Below, piece by piece: positions 1 through 8,568 of a stretch of DNA of 64,000 nucleotides. The stretch lies in NCBI GenBank assembly GCA_021786845.1, contig JAJYMO010000031.1:7881-71880 (forward strand). The letters are read 5' to 3'. The position numbers and the translations under genes are program-made. The stretch comes from Pseudomonadota bacterium (GTDB taxonomy: Bacteria > Pseudomonadota > Gammaproteobacteria > Burkholderiales > Sulfuriferulaceae). A model generated the notes under the pieces. That model saw only the letters and a list, made by a program, of their open reading frames with translations. It was not told the origin of the DNA and searched no databases. Within the stretch, counting starts at the first letter, position 1. Each line of letters starts with the position of its first letter.

Positions 1-27
1 AACCTTGATATTTTAATGATAAGAAGT

Positions 28-67
28 CGTGAATGAATAATAAATGGCTATTTATTATTCATTCACG
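28..67 (-). terminator. perfect 18-bp AT-rich stem-loop about 40 nt downstream of the opgH stop; candidate terminator or structural element
   Basis: cgtgaatgaataataaat / ggct / atttattattcattcacg pairs perfectly; there is no clear U-tract on the minus strand, so function is uncertain. Confidence 0.3.
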
Positions 68-106
68 GGTACAAAGGGTATGCATGACGTCATTTGCGCG
101 CAAGTT

Positions 107-1996
107 TCATGCCCAAGCCCGCGCCAGCACCGCCGGAATGGTACGTTCTTCTGGTGTAAGTAACCAGCGATGACGGCGCAGTGACAGACCCCAACGGGAT
201 TCGCTGGTGAACACGGTCAATGGGGCGGAAAACATGAGCGGCAACCCTGTTGGCAATAACCACCATACCGCATCGCGGTGGAACAGAAATGTGGCCACTA
301 AGCCCAGCATGACGGGGAGCATCATGGGCATGAAGCGGTGTAATGCATCGCGCCACAGAATGGAATGGGCTTCGCGCATTGGCGATTTCCACTCCAGGTT
401 CAGCCCGGTCAGCGCGGTGAGCACGAACAAGGTATGGGCCATCATGCGTATGGGCGCTTGCAAGGCGGAAAGCACGGTTTCCAGTAAGGCGCTTTTGATC
501 AGCGCGGCACTGCCGCCATAGCTTGCCTGCTCACCTTTACCCATGACGGTGAGTACTGCCAGCACACGCGGTAACAGTAACAGCGTCAGCGTAAGTGCCC
601 ACAATAATTCCAGCGTAGAAGACATGCCCAGCCAGGAAAATGGATTCGCCATGGCCGTATGGGGTTCCAATAGTCGCACACCCAGGCTAAGTAAAAGAAA
701 GCAAAGCCACAACGGGGCGGAAACATAGGCCATGGCACCGGTCATCAGCATCGCACGGTGGGCGGGCTGAAAACCCGGTTCAGCAATGAGACGAAAGTTC
801 ATCAGATTGCCCTGACACCAGCGTCGGTCGCGCTGGAGTTCCTCCAGCAGATTGGAAGGTTGCTGCTCATAACTGCCTTCCAGATCAGTTACCAGCCAAG
901 TGTAATAACCCGCACGGCGCATCAGCGCGGCTTCCACGAAATCATGCGAAAGAATTTCACCGGACAACCCCCCATTACCGGGTAATCGCGCTAATGCACA
1001 ATGTTTCATGAACGGTTCGACCCGGATGATGGCATTATGTCCCCAGTAATGCGATTCACCCAGTTGCCAGAATTGCATCCCTGCGGTGAACAAGCGTCCG
1101 GTCACTCTTCCTGCAAATTGTTGAGCACGGGCATGCAAGGTTTGTACGCCGCAGGCACGGGGCGCGGTCTGAATGATACCGGCTTTGGGCTGTGTTTCCA
1201 TTAGGCCGACCAAGGCGGCAATGGTCTCCCCGGTCATGACGCTGTCGGCATCGAGCACGACCATATAACGGTAATTTTTCCCCCAGCGGCGGCAGAAATC
1301 CGCCACATTCCCCGCTTTACGCCGACTGCGCTGCTGGCGCAAACGGTAATAAATGCGGCAGCGGTCGCCGAGTTGTTCCCGCAAAGCGATCCAGGCGGCC
1401 AGTTCTTGTGTGCGCAAAATCGGATCATAGGTATCGGACAGCACATAAACGTCAAACAGATCGGCATGCTTGCCCTCGACCAGTGATTCGCAAGTTGCAC
1501 GCAACCCTGCAAACACTGGCGCGGCGGGTTCGTTACAGATCGGCATAATGATCGCTGTTCGGGCCTTCTTATCCAGAACCTGATGACGTCCCGCAGCGAG
1601 AGACAGGGCATGGGAATCAGGATGCCATTGCATCCAGAATCCCATCAGGGCCGTGACAAAGCCCACTGTTACCCAGCCAAACAGCAGCACAAACAATGTC
1701 AGCTGAATGAAATGCAGGAGTGGATGAGGGCTGTTCACTGTCTGGGTATGAAAAAGCAGTGCGGCGGCGATGCCGGTGCTGGTGACGGCAATTGCCATGA
1801 GTGTGATGCGTCGTCGGGAAGCCGCGTCTTTCCATGGCGGCAGCGCATCATGGGTTTTCAGGTCCGCAGCAGTGCTGTGAAACAGTGCCAGCCAAAGGCC
1901 ACGCCAGAATCCGGTCCAAGGTCGTGGCGTCATGCTGCCACGATGGATGGGTGGGGCAGTAAGCCGAGTGATCGTCGGGAGGTCATAAGGTTTCAT
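107..1996 (-). CDS. opgH: glucans biosynthesis glucosyltransferase H (osmoregulated periplasmic glucan synthesis, GT2)
   Basis: 629-aa ORF; multi-TM N- and C-terminal regions; GT2 core with VLDADS and the processive QRDRRWCQGN (QxxRW) motif, typical of MdoH/OpgH. Confidence 0.9.
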   Translation of the reverse strand: MKPYDLPTITRLTAPPIHRGSMTPRPWTGFWRGLWLALFHSTAADLKTHDALPPWKDAASRRRITLMAIAVTSTGIAAALLFHTQTVNSPHPLLHFIQLTLFVLLFGWVTVGFVTALMGFWMQWHPDSHALSLAAGRHQVLDKKARTAIIMPICNEPAAPVFAGLRATCESLVEGKHADLFDVYVLSDTYDPILRTQELAAWIALREQLGDRCRIYYRLRQQRSRRKAGNVADFCRRWGKNYRYMVVLDADSVMTGETIAALVGLMETQPKAGIIQTAPRACGVQTLHARAQQFAGRVTGRLFTAGMQFWQLGESHYWGHNAIIRVEPFMKHCALARLPGNGGLSGEILSHDFVEAALMRRAGYYTWLVTDLEGSYEQQPSNLLEELQRDRRWCQGNLMNFRLIAEPGFQPAHRAMLMTGAMAYVSAPLWLCFLLLSLGVRLLEPHTAMANPFSWLGMSSTLELLWALTLTLLLLPRVLAVLTVMGKGEQASYGGSAALIKSALLETVLSALQAPIRMMAHTLFVLTALTGLNLEWKSPMREAHSILWRDALHRFMPMMLPVMLGLVATFLFHRDAVWWLLPTGLPLMFSAPLTVFTSESRWGLSLRRHRWLLTPEERTIPAVLARAWA

Positions 1997-2033
1997 GCTG
2001 GCAGGTAGGTGGTGTTGAGTTGCAGTGAATTAA

Positions 2034-2270
2034 GCAATTATTGGGCCAGAACAGGATTTTCTTGTTATCTTGTTGATTAATTGTGTTTTTAGTATAAAGG
2101 GGATGGATTTGTTCATGGATTGACGCGGTGATTCAGGATAATCCGTCGCCTGACAGCGACATCTTGCTCAAAAACAATTCAGGATATGTAATAACCTGAT
2201 GATAATAAATTGAATTATGATTGTCGCTGAGCGGTGACAGTTTTGCGAGGGGGTGTGAGGCGTGCTATTG
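2034..2270. repeat. copy 1 of a ~237-bp direct repeat, immediately upstream of opgH
   Basis: about 80% identical by eye to 3520..3757 in the same orientation; includes the identical 33-nt run atgataataaattgaattatgattgtcgctgag; weaker similarity continues into the opgH start (~1960). Confidence 0.85.
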
Positions 2271-2522
2271 GGAAACGATTGATCAAAATCTCACTTGGTA
2301 GGTTTAAACAACCGAGCAATGAGGTCACCGGCCTGAAGGCCGGGGTTTTAAACCAGCAAGGAAAAAGGATAACAGGACAATCCGTCACGCGCGGCGGAAG
2401 GACAGCGCCCCATTGTTGCTTCTGTTTTTGAATCTGTTCCCGCAAACGTTTTTTCTGTCTGACCGTGTTTGTCCACAATACACGGACAGCTATTCCCTCT
2501 TCCCAACCAAACATCTGCAGGC

Positions 2523-3215
2523 CTATTGCATCTCCTTTTTGTCCTCATTGTCATTCTCCTCTGATGCACGGCGGATGACGCGCTGAAAAAGCAGGTTGTT
2601 GGGAATGACGATGACATGTCCATCATCTTGACGCAATTCGGTAAACATAAGGTTTTCTTCGATCACCCGGCCAGAAAGGTTTTCCGGAAAAATTTCGACC
2701 CGCTGACCCAGTCGCATGGGTTGCCAAAACCAGATAAAAAAGCGGGCAGTAATATTGCTGGCCATCGTCCATGTGGCCAAAAGACCAACACCAATGACGG
2801 CCAGCATGCCTATAAAGGTCGTCCAGAGAACCGACACATCGACGCCCCAGAGTCGCAGAATAAGCACCAGCAATAATAGCCCCAGGGCCCAGCGGATTAT
2901 TCGCTGGAGGATGGTGACGTAACTTCTGGATGCGGAATTGGATAGATGGCTGCGTGTTTTGAGCAGGACATGGAGGTGGGCTGTGGCATTATTCAGGAGG
3001 CGGGTAACGATCATATATCCGAGGACGAACAGGATGCTGGCGAGCAGGCTTTTCAGCCACCATTCCGGAGAATCGATCATGTGTTGCGTGGCGACTAATA
3101 TTTTGGTTTTAAGGTTCATTTCGATAAAAATCAAGTGAGTAATGTATCGATTAAATGAATGAATACGCCCTTGGGGATGGCGTCTTGCAAACACACAGTT
3201 AACTCGGAGGGTCAC
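2523..3215 (-). CDS. small-conductance mechanosensitive channel (MscS family); start uncertain (GTG 3215 or ATG 3119)
   Basis: TM helices followed by the MscS beta-domain signature GQRVEIFPENLSGRVIEENLMFTELRQDDGHVIVIPNNLLF. Confidence 0.8.
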   Translation of the reverse strand: MTLRVNCVFARRHPQGRIHSFNRYITHLIFIEMNLKTKILVATQHMIDSPEWWLKSLLASILFVLGYMIVTRLLNNATAHLHVLLKTRSHLSNSASRSYVTILQRIIRWALGLLLLVLILRLWGVDVSVLWTTFIGMLAVIGVGLLATWTMASNITARFFIWFWQPMRLGQRVEIFPENLSGRVIEENLMFTELRQDDGHVIVIPNNLLFQRVIRRASEENDNEDKKEMQ

Positions 3216-3327
3216 AATGAAAATGAAATAAAAGCAGCAATTCTTCCGGGATTACCGGTGGATTTGCTTTGCAATAGCGGTAACATTGTGCTGAATAAAT
3301 TAAAAAATTTGTGGAAACGTTTTGCCT

Positions 3328-3516
3328 TCAAAGCGAAAATAAGCCACATTGGTTTTTACATGAAATCCGGCACCATAGTGAATAGACTTCCAACGATCCT
3401 TCCGGAAAATTGCCGCGCTGTATGCTATCGCGACGGAGAGGGGTAGTGGGCACAGTCGTCGTCGGAATGTCGTATGGTTCCCCGTTAAAGGGATGTGCTG
3501 ATGGGTTGTTGTACAT
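3328..3516 (-). pseudogene. vestigial opgH-like 5' fragment (or small upstream ORF) inside the second repeat region
   Basis: the translation contains EPYDIPTTTVPTTPL, compared with KPYDLPTITRLTAPP at the OpgH N-terminus; the DNA similarity at 3445..3519 vs 1960..2033 is contiguous with repeat copy 2; no further OpgH similarity downstream. Confidence 0.35.
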
Positions 3517-3519
3517 GAA

Positions 3520-3757
3520 GCAATTATTAGGCCAGAATAAGGAATTTTTGTTATTTCTTTGATTAATTGTAATTTTTGTATAAATAAAATGAGTTGATTC
3601 GTGGATTGAGGCTGTGATTCAGGATAAGCTGTCGTTTGACGGAGACATCTTGCTTAAAAATAATTCAAAATATATCATAATGTTATGATAATAAATTGAA
3701 TTATGATTGTCGCTGAGAGGTGACGGTTTTGCAAGCGGCGTGAAGCATGCTATAAAG
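3520..3757. repeat. copy 2 of the ~237-bp direct repeat, upstream of the MscS-like gene and ~350 bp upstream of the sensor kinase
   Basis: aligned by eye to 2034..2270 (see copy 1). Confidence 0.85.
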
Positions 3758-4105
3758 TAGTCTTACTATGAAGCCGGTTAAATGATTGTTTTAAAAATGG
3801 CAGTTAACTGCCGTTTGTTAACCAACCCCGAATTTTGCATAACACACGCATGCACTTGTTTTCTATTGTTTCATATAGAAACTTTATTGCGAGTTGGCAC
3901 TGCGAGCCATCCCTGCTTACCTCGCTTCTATTGGGCGTATGAGTCACTGTGTTGTGCTTTCATAAAATATTTCTGTAAAACAACATGCTGCGCGATAATC
4001 GTGCAAAATACGGGCTAACAATCCGCAACGAAAAAATATTTTCATCATTTCACCGCTTGCCCGATGGGTGAGTAAACCAGGCCGCCGTTTGGTGGAGGAA
4101 TTAAA

Positions 4106-5611
4106 ATGAGCAATCACTCCGGTTCGACAGGAACAGAGGATGGGCACGGCAATGCCATCCAGAGGTTATTACGGTACTACCCAAAATCTTTCCTGAAACT
4201 GATTCTCACCGGTTTTTCCCTTGTGGTATTGCCATTGATTTTCGCGCTTATCTATAGCGCCATGTCCATTGACCAACTGGCGGAGCAGAACCGGAAAACA
4301 GTTTATCAAGCCGAACAAATTGCGCACGGAAGTCGTATCCTTGTGGACGAAGTGTCTTCGATGGAACGCAGTGTCAGGCTGTCGGTCATTCTTGGTGATG
4401 CTTCTCTGCTTGATGGCTATTTCCGGGCGCACACGAATTTTGAAAAGACGGCAACAAGTCTTTCTGCCTTGTCTCTGAGTGTTGACCAACAACAATTGCT
4501 GGATGGTTTGCGTTTGTCAGATACTGCAATTTTTCAGAAAGTGGTTGCTGACCGCCAATCACCCGAAGCGCTTAAATACGAGGTTGGCGATTTTGCTCCT
4601 TTACTGGATTCGACACGAAATTTTCTGGATCACGGCCTTGTGCTCATCGAAAGTGAAGTCAATGCGATGCAAGAAAGGGCCGTTCGGGCACGCCAAATTG
4701 TCATTTGGCAGCTGCTCGCGCTGATTCCGTTTGCGATGCTGTTGGCGTCAGGATTTTCTGTGTTAATCACCCGTCCAATTCGCCAAATTGACGAGGCGAT
4801 CCGGCATATGGGGGAGGGCGAGTTGTTGCGGCCAGTGACGGTGAATGGCCCCGAAGATTTACGGCGTCTGGGAGACAGGTTAGATTGGATGCGCTTGCGT
4901 CTGCTTGAGTTGCAAGAACAAAAGACCAGGTTTTTGCAACATATTTCGCATGAACTCAAAACGCCGCTCACTTCGATTCGCGAGGGCGCAGACTTGTTGG
5001 TGGAAGGGGCCGTCGGCGAACTGAGTGCGAAGCAGAAAAACGTGGCAAAGATACTTTTCAGTAACAGTGTACAATTGCAAAAACGCATTGAGGACCTGTT
5101 AAACTACAGTGCGTTTCAAACTGAAAAATCGAGGTTTGTCGGACGCCGGGTTGTGCTTAAGCCGCTTCTGGATGGCGTATTGCGGGACCATGATCTCGCC
5201 ATTATCAACAAAAATTTGCAAATTGAACTTGTTTGTCCAGATATCCTGCTGGCGTGCGATGAACAAAAAATCAGAATTGTTGTGGACAATCTTTTATCCA
5301 ATGCAGTCAAATTTTCCCCATCAGGTTCCCGTATTGAGGTGTGTGTGAGTCAGACAGTTGATCATATTTTTCTGGATGTTCTGGATGCAGGACCGGGTGT
5401 TGATATCATTGATCGGGACAAAATATTTAATGCATTTTATCGTGGGCAGAGAACACCGCTGAGCACGATTAAAGGAACGGGGTTGGGGTTATCCATTGCA
5501 CGAGAATACGTGCTTGAACATGGCGGCAGCATTGAACTGGTGACACAGGTGGGTGTTGGTGCGCATTTTCGTGTGACGTTGCCAGTTGTTAATTTGGCGG
5601 GTGTCGCATGA
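4106..5611 (+). CDS. sensor histidine kinase (2 TM, HAMP, HisKA, HATPase_c), QseE/GlrK-like by operon context
   Basis: H-box HISHELKTPLTSI; N and G boxes (LLSNAVKFSP, GTGLGLSIAREY); RBS ggtggagg upstream; 4-nt overlap with the next ORF. Confidence 0.85.
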   Translation: MSNHSGSTGTEDGHGNAIQRLLRYYPKSFLKLILTGFSLVVLPLIFALIYSAMSIDQLAEQNRKTVYQAEQIAHGSRILVDEVSSMERSVRLSVILGDASLLDGYFRAHTNFEKTATSLSALSLSVDQQQLLDGLRLSDTAIFQKVVADRQSPEALKYEVGDFAPLLDSTRNFLDHGLVLIESEVNAMQERAVRARQIVIWQLLALIPFAMLLASGFSVLITRPIRQIDEAIRHMGEGELLRPVTVNGPEDLRRLGDRLDWMRLRLLELQEQKTRFLQHISHELKTPLTSIREGADLLVEGAVGELSAKQKNVAKILFSNSVQLQKRIEDLLNYSAFQTEKSRFVGRRVVLKPLLDGVLRDHDLAIINKNLQIELVCPDILLACDEQKIRIVVDNLLSNAVKFSPSGSRIEVCVSQTVDHIFLDVLDAGPGVDIIDRDKIFNAFYRGQRTPLSTIKGTGLGLSIAREYVLEHGGSIELVTQVGVGAHFRVTLPVVNLAGVA

Positions 5612-6171
5612 GAGTAGACCGCCCGGGGATGCTGACTGTATGTCTGCTGTGCGCAACAATCGCTGCTTGTTCGAATGTTCCTGTTGCCCCAATTGATAAG
5701 GTATGTGTGGACGTGTCACCGGCGCCATTGCCGCCATCGCAACCACTTAAAACCAGTCGAATGGAAAAGCTTATGCTGGATTATGATGATCTGGGCAAAC
5801 TGCCGGCTACGGAGTTGAATGACGCCTATCAAAAAGCCAGTCAGGCTTATTCGCAAACTGCGAGTGATTCAAGTCGCCTGCGTCTGGCGATGTTGCTTGC
5901 GCTGCCTGATACCTCATTTCATGACACGACGACTGCACTTGATTTGCTTAATAACTGGCCAAAAGAGGAGGGCACTTCTCCTTCGGCACTGCATGGCTTT
6001 GCCCGCTTACTGAGCGCATTGCTTACGCAACAGCAACGATCAGGCAACGCTTTCAATGATCTGGAGAAAAAACTCAAAGAAGAGCAGAAACGTGCCGAAG
6101 TGCTTCAGAGTAAAATAGATGCCATCAAAGACATGGAAAAGAATCCAATTAACGGGAACAAACCGCAATGA
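5608..6171 (+). CDS. lipoprotein encoded between kinase and regulator (QseG/YfhG-like position)
   Basis: lipobox LLCATIAAC-S; coiled-coil C-terminus; ATGA overlaps at both ends (translational coupling). Confidence 0.7.
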   Translation: MRVDRPGMLTVCLLCATIAACSNVPVAPIDKVCVDVSPAPLPPSQPLKTSRMEKLMLDYDDLGKLPATELNDAYQKASQAYSQTASDSSRLRLAMLLALPDTSFHDTTTALDLLNNWPKEEGTSPSALHGFARLLSALLTQQQRSGNAFNDLEKKLKEEQKRAEVLQSKIDAIKDMEKNPINGNKPQ

Positions 6172-7529
6172 GTGAATTCCGTCCGAGTATTCTGGTTGTT
6201 GATGATGACACGGACTTATTGCAGCTGCTTTCTATTCGTCTCACCGTTGCAGGCTTTGAAGTTGTCACAGTTGAGTCTGCCGAGGCGGCATTGAACTATC
6301 TGGATGTGTCGCGCCCGCATCTGGTGATCACCGATATGCAGATGAGCGGCATGGATGGCATGGCACTGTTTGAACACGTTCATCGTACCACACCAACTTT
6401 GCCAGTGATTATTTTCACCGCCCACGGCACAATCCCCGACGCCGTTTCCGCTACTCAGCGCGGGGTGTTTGGCTACCTGAGCAAGCCATTTGACAGTAAG
6501 GCATTGCTGGATCTGGTCGATCGCGCGCTAAGACTTTCCGTGGGCGCGGTGACCAAAACTGTGCCGCATCAGGATAATTGGCAGGCGGCTATTGTTACCC
6601 AAAGCGCTGTGATGACTGAGTTGCTCGCGAAAACAAAACTCGTTGCGGAGAGTGATGCAAGTGTGCTCATCCAGGGTGAGAGTGGTACTGGAAAAGAGCT
6701 GTTCGCCCAAGCGATTCATTATGCAAGCCGACGTAAACATCACCCTTTTATCGCCGTCAGTTGCGTCGCTATTCCTGAACAATTGCTTGAATCCGAACTT
6801 TTCGGACATGCCAAAGGCGCCTTTACTGGTGCGATCAAAGACCACAAAGGTTTGTTTCAGGTGGCAGAGGGTGGTACGCTCTTCCTCGATGAGATTGGTG
6901 ATATGCCGTTGCCGTTGCAGGCCAAGTTGTTGCGTGTTCTCCAGGAGAGGCAAGTGCGTCCCGTCGGTTCCGCGCAGACCATTCCGCTGGATGTGAGAAT
7001 CATTTCTGCGACGCATCGTGATTTAAAAACGGAGGTCGACGTGGGTAATTTTCGCGAAGATCTCTACTATCGTCTCAATGTGGTGAAATTAACTATTCCG
7101 CCCTTGTCCCAGCGACGTGAGGATATTCCTTTGTTGGCCAAGCATTTTCTTTCGATGCTGGCTGATAAATATGGCAAGCACATCAATGGATTTACGCCGG
7201 ATACGATGGAAATACTTGTTGGCGCGTCCTGGCCGGGTAATGTACGCCAACTCTTGAATGTCGTTGAACAAAGCGTCGCCTTGTGTACAACACCTCTTAT
7301 TTCATTGGCGCTCGTAGAAGATGCGATTCATAAAGAGGAAGCGCATTCAATTTCTCTTGAAGAAGCCAAAAGACGTTTTGAAAGAGATTATCTGGTTCGT
7401 GTTCTAAAAATATCGGAAGGCAACGTCATGCAAGCTGCCAGGTTGTCCAAACGGAACCGCACCGAATTTTACAAGTTGCTTCAGAGGCACCAACTCGAGC
7501 CATCTGCATTTAAACCGTTATCGAACTGA
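6168..7529 (+). CDS. sigma-54-dependent response regulator (NtrC family; GlrR/QseF-like)
   Basis: receiver domain (DDD...ITDMQMSGMDG); AAA+ Walker A GESGTGKE; GAFTGA sigma-54 contact motif; C-terminal HTH. Confidence 0.9.
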   Translation: MSEFRPSILVVDDDTDLLQLLSIRLTVAGFEVVTVESAEAALNYLDVSRPHLVITDMQMSGMDGMALFEHVHRTTPTLPVIIFTAHGTIPDAVSATQRGVFGYLSKPFDSKALLDLVDRALRLSVGAVTKTVPHQDNWQAAIVTQSAVMTELLAKTKLVAESDASVLIQGESGTGKELFAQAIHYASRRKHHPFIAVSCVAIPEQLLESELFGHAKGAFTGAIKDHKGLFQVAEGGTLFLDEIGDMPLPLQAKLLRVLQERQVRPVGSAQTIPLDVRIISATHRDLKTEVDVGNFREDLYYRLNVVKLTIPPLSQRREDIPLLAKHFLSMLADKYGKHINGFTPDTMEILVGASWPGNVRQLLNVVEQSVALCTTPLISLALVEDAIHKEEAHSISLEEAKRRFERDYLVRVLKISEGNVMQAARLSKRNRTEFYKLLQRHQLEPSAFKPLSN

Positions 7530-7614
7530 TGGGTTTTGTCGCCGAACGGTTGGGGATGATTATTTATCAAGGTTTGGCAGCGTTTTATTTTTTGTTCTAA
7601 CAGAGAGGTGATTA

Positions 7615-7839
7615 ATGAAAAAAATGATCGTTGTGAACGCGTTGCTATTATTCGCGTTGGCGGGTTGCGGCCCTATGGGTGAATTCGTTGGCGGTGGAGG
7701 ATATGGCGGGGGTTATTATGGTGGTATGGATAACGGGGGTTTTGGCGGTATGGATAATGGGGGGTTTGGTGGTATGGATGATGGCGGGTACGGTGGCATG
7801 GGTGACGGGGGGTTTGGCGGCATGGGTGATGATGATTGA
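7615..7839 (+). CDS. small Gly/Met/Asp-rich tandem-repeat lipoprotein
   Basis: signal plus lipobox LFALAGC-G; mature part is GGYGGGYYGG followed by GGMDNGGF-type octapeptide repeats and a DDD end; RBS gagagg upstream. Confidence 0.7.
   Translation: MKKMIVVNALLLFALAGCGPMGEFVGGGGYGGGYYGGMDNGGFGGMDNGGFGGMDDGGYGGMGDGGFGGMGDDD
7723..7836 (+). repeat. about 4.7 tandem copies of a 24-bp unit (ggtatggataacgggggttttggc) inside the lipoprotein gene
   Basis: units read directly at 7723, 7747, 7771, 7795 and 7819. Confidence 0.9.
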
Positions 7840-7908
7840 ATTTGCCTCAGGATTTCATGGTGACAATCCGGGGGTCCAGGCCCTGATTTTTTAAAATGTA
7901 AGGAATTA

Positions 7909-8352
7909 TTGATGAAAAATATCCGAAAAACAATATTTGTATGCGCTACGCTGCTAGGGATAAGCATGATCATCCCCGTTTATGCTGATGAGCCTGTCGC
8001 GGGAGGAAGCAACGGCATGTTGCACCAACATACTGACCCAGTCGCGAATGCTGAAAGACATCTTTCTATTTTCAAAAGCGAGTTAAAAATCACACAGGAT
8101 CAAGAGCAATCGTGGATGACCTATGCTGAAAAGACCAAGCGTAATGTCAGAGAGATTAGAGACCGGATGAATGAAGCGATGCACGACAAACCACAAACGG
8201 CGCCAGAACGTTTTGATCGTCATATCGAACTGATGAGGGAACGCCTGGCGAGTTTTGAAAGGATGGACGATGCGTTCAAGCAGTTTTATGCGGTATTGAC
8301 ACCAGAACAGCGGACCGTGGCGGATCAGTATTTTGCAAAAATGCATCATTAA
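7909..8352 (+). CDS. periplasmic Spy/CpxP/ZraP-family protein (LTxxQ motif)
   Basis: signal peptide (LLGISMIIPVYA-DE); KITQDQEQSW and VLTPEQRTVADQYF LTxxQ-type motifs; helical, charged composition. Confidence 0.75.
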   Translation: MMKNIRKTIFVCATLLGISMIIPVYADEPVAGGSNGMLHQHTDPVANAERHLSIFKSELKITQDQEQSWMTYAEKTKRNVREIRDRMNEAMHDKPQTAPERFDRHIELMRERLASFERMDDAFKQFYAVLTPEQRTVADQYFAKMHH

Positions 8353-8568
8353 TCGGTGTATTGGATTGGGTATCGATTGGCTTTTCTGATGAGTGCTGAA
8401 GGAAAATTACAGGGAGTTTTGAGTTGTGGTTGATCAATTGGGGATGTGAATCTTGAGTGATTGCGGGACACGGGAGTCCGGTTATCGGGCTGGGTACAGT
8501 CCGGTCACTTGTGGCGAATGTCGCCTCAAAGGTTTGCACAGGACGATCGTCTGGAATGGGGGGGTGAT

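Noticed and set aside
3886-3906. TGGCAC motif (ttggcactgcgagccatcc) upstream of the kinase operon, considered as a sigma-54 -24/-12 promoter; also tggcagttaactgcc at ~3798
   Set aside because: The GG-to-GC spacing is 10 nt at the first site and 11 nt at the second, not the required 12, and no TTGC -12 element is present. The second site is better explained as a hairpin.
7574-7592. tttggcagcgttttatttt upstream of the Gly-rich lipoprotein gene, considered as a sigma-54 promoter
   Set aside because: The -24 TGGCA is present, but the -12 position reads TTAT instead of TTGC. This is too weak to call without a PWM score or experimental data.
7723-7836. Regular 24-bp tandem repeats, considered as a CRISPR-like or minisatellite array
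   Set aside because: There are no spacers. The repeats are contiguous, in frame and encode the GGMDNGGF peptide repeat, so this is a coding tandem repeat.
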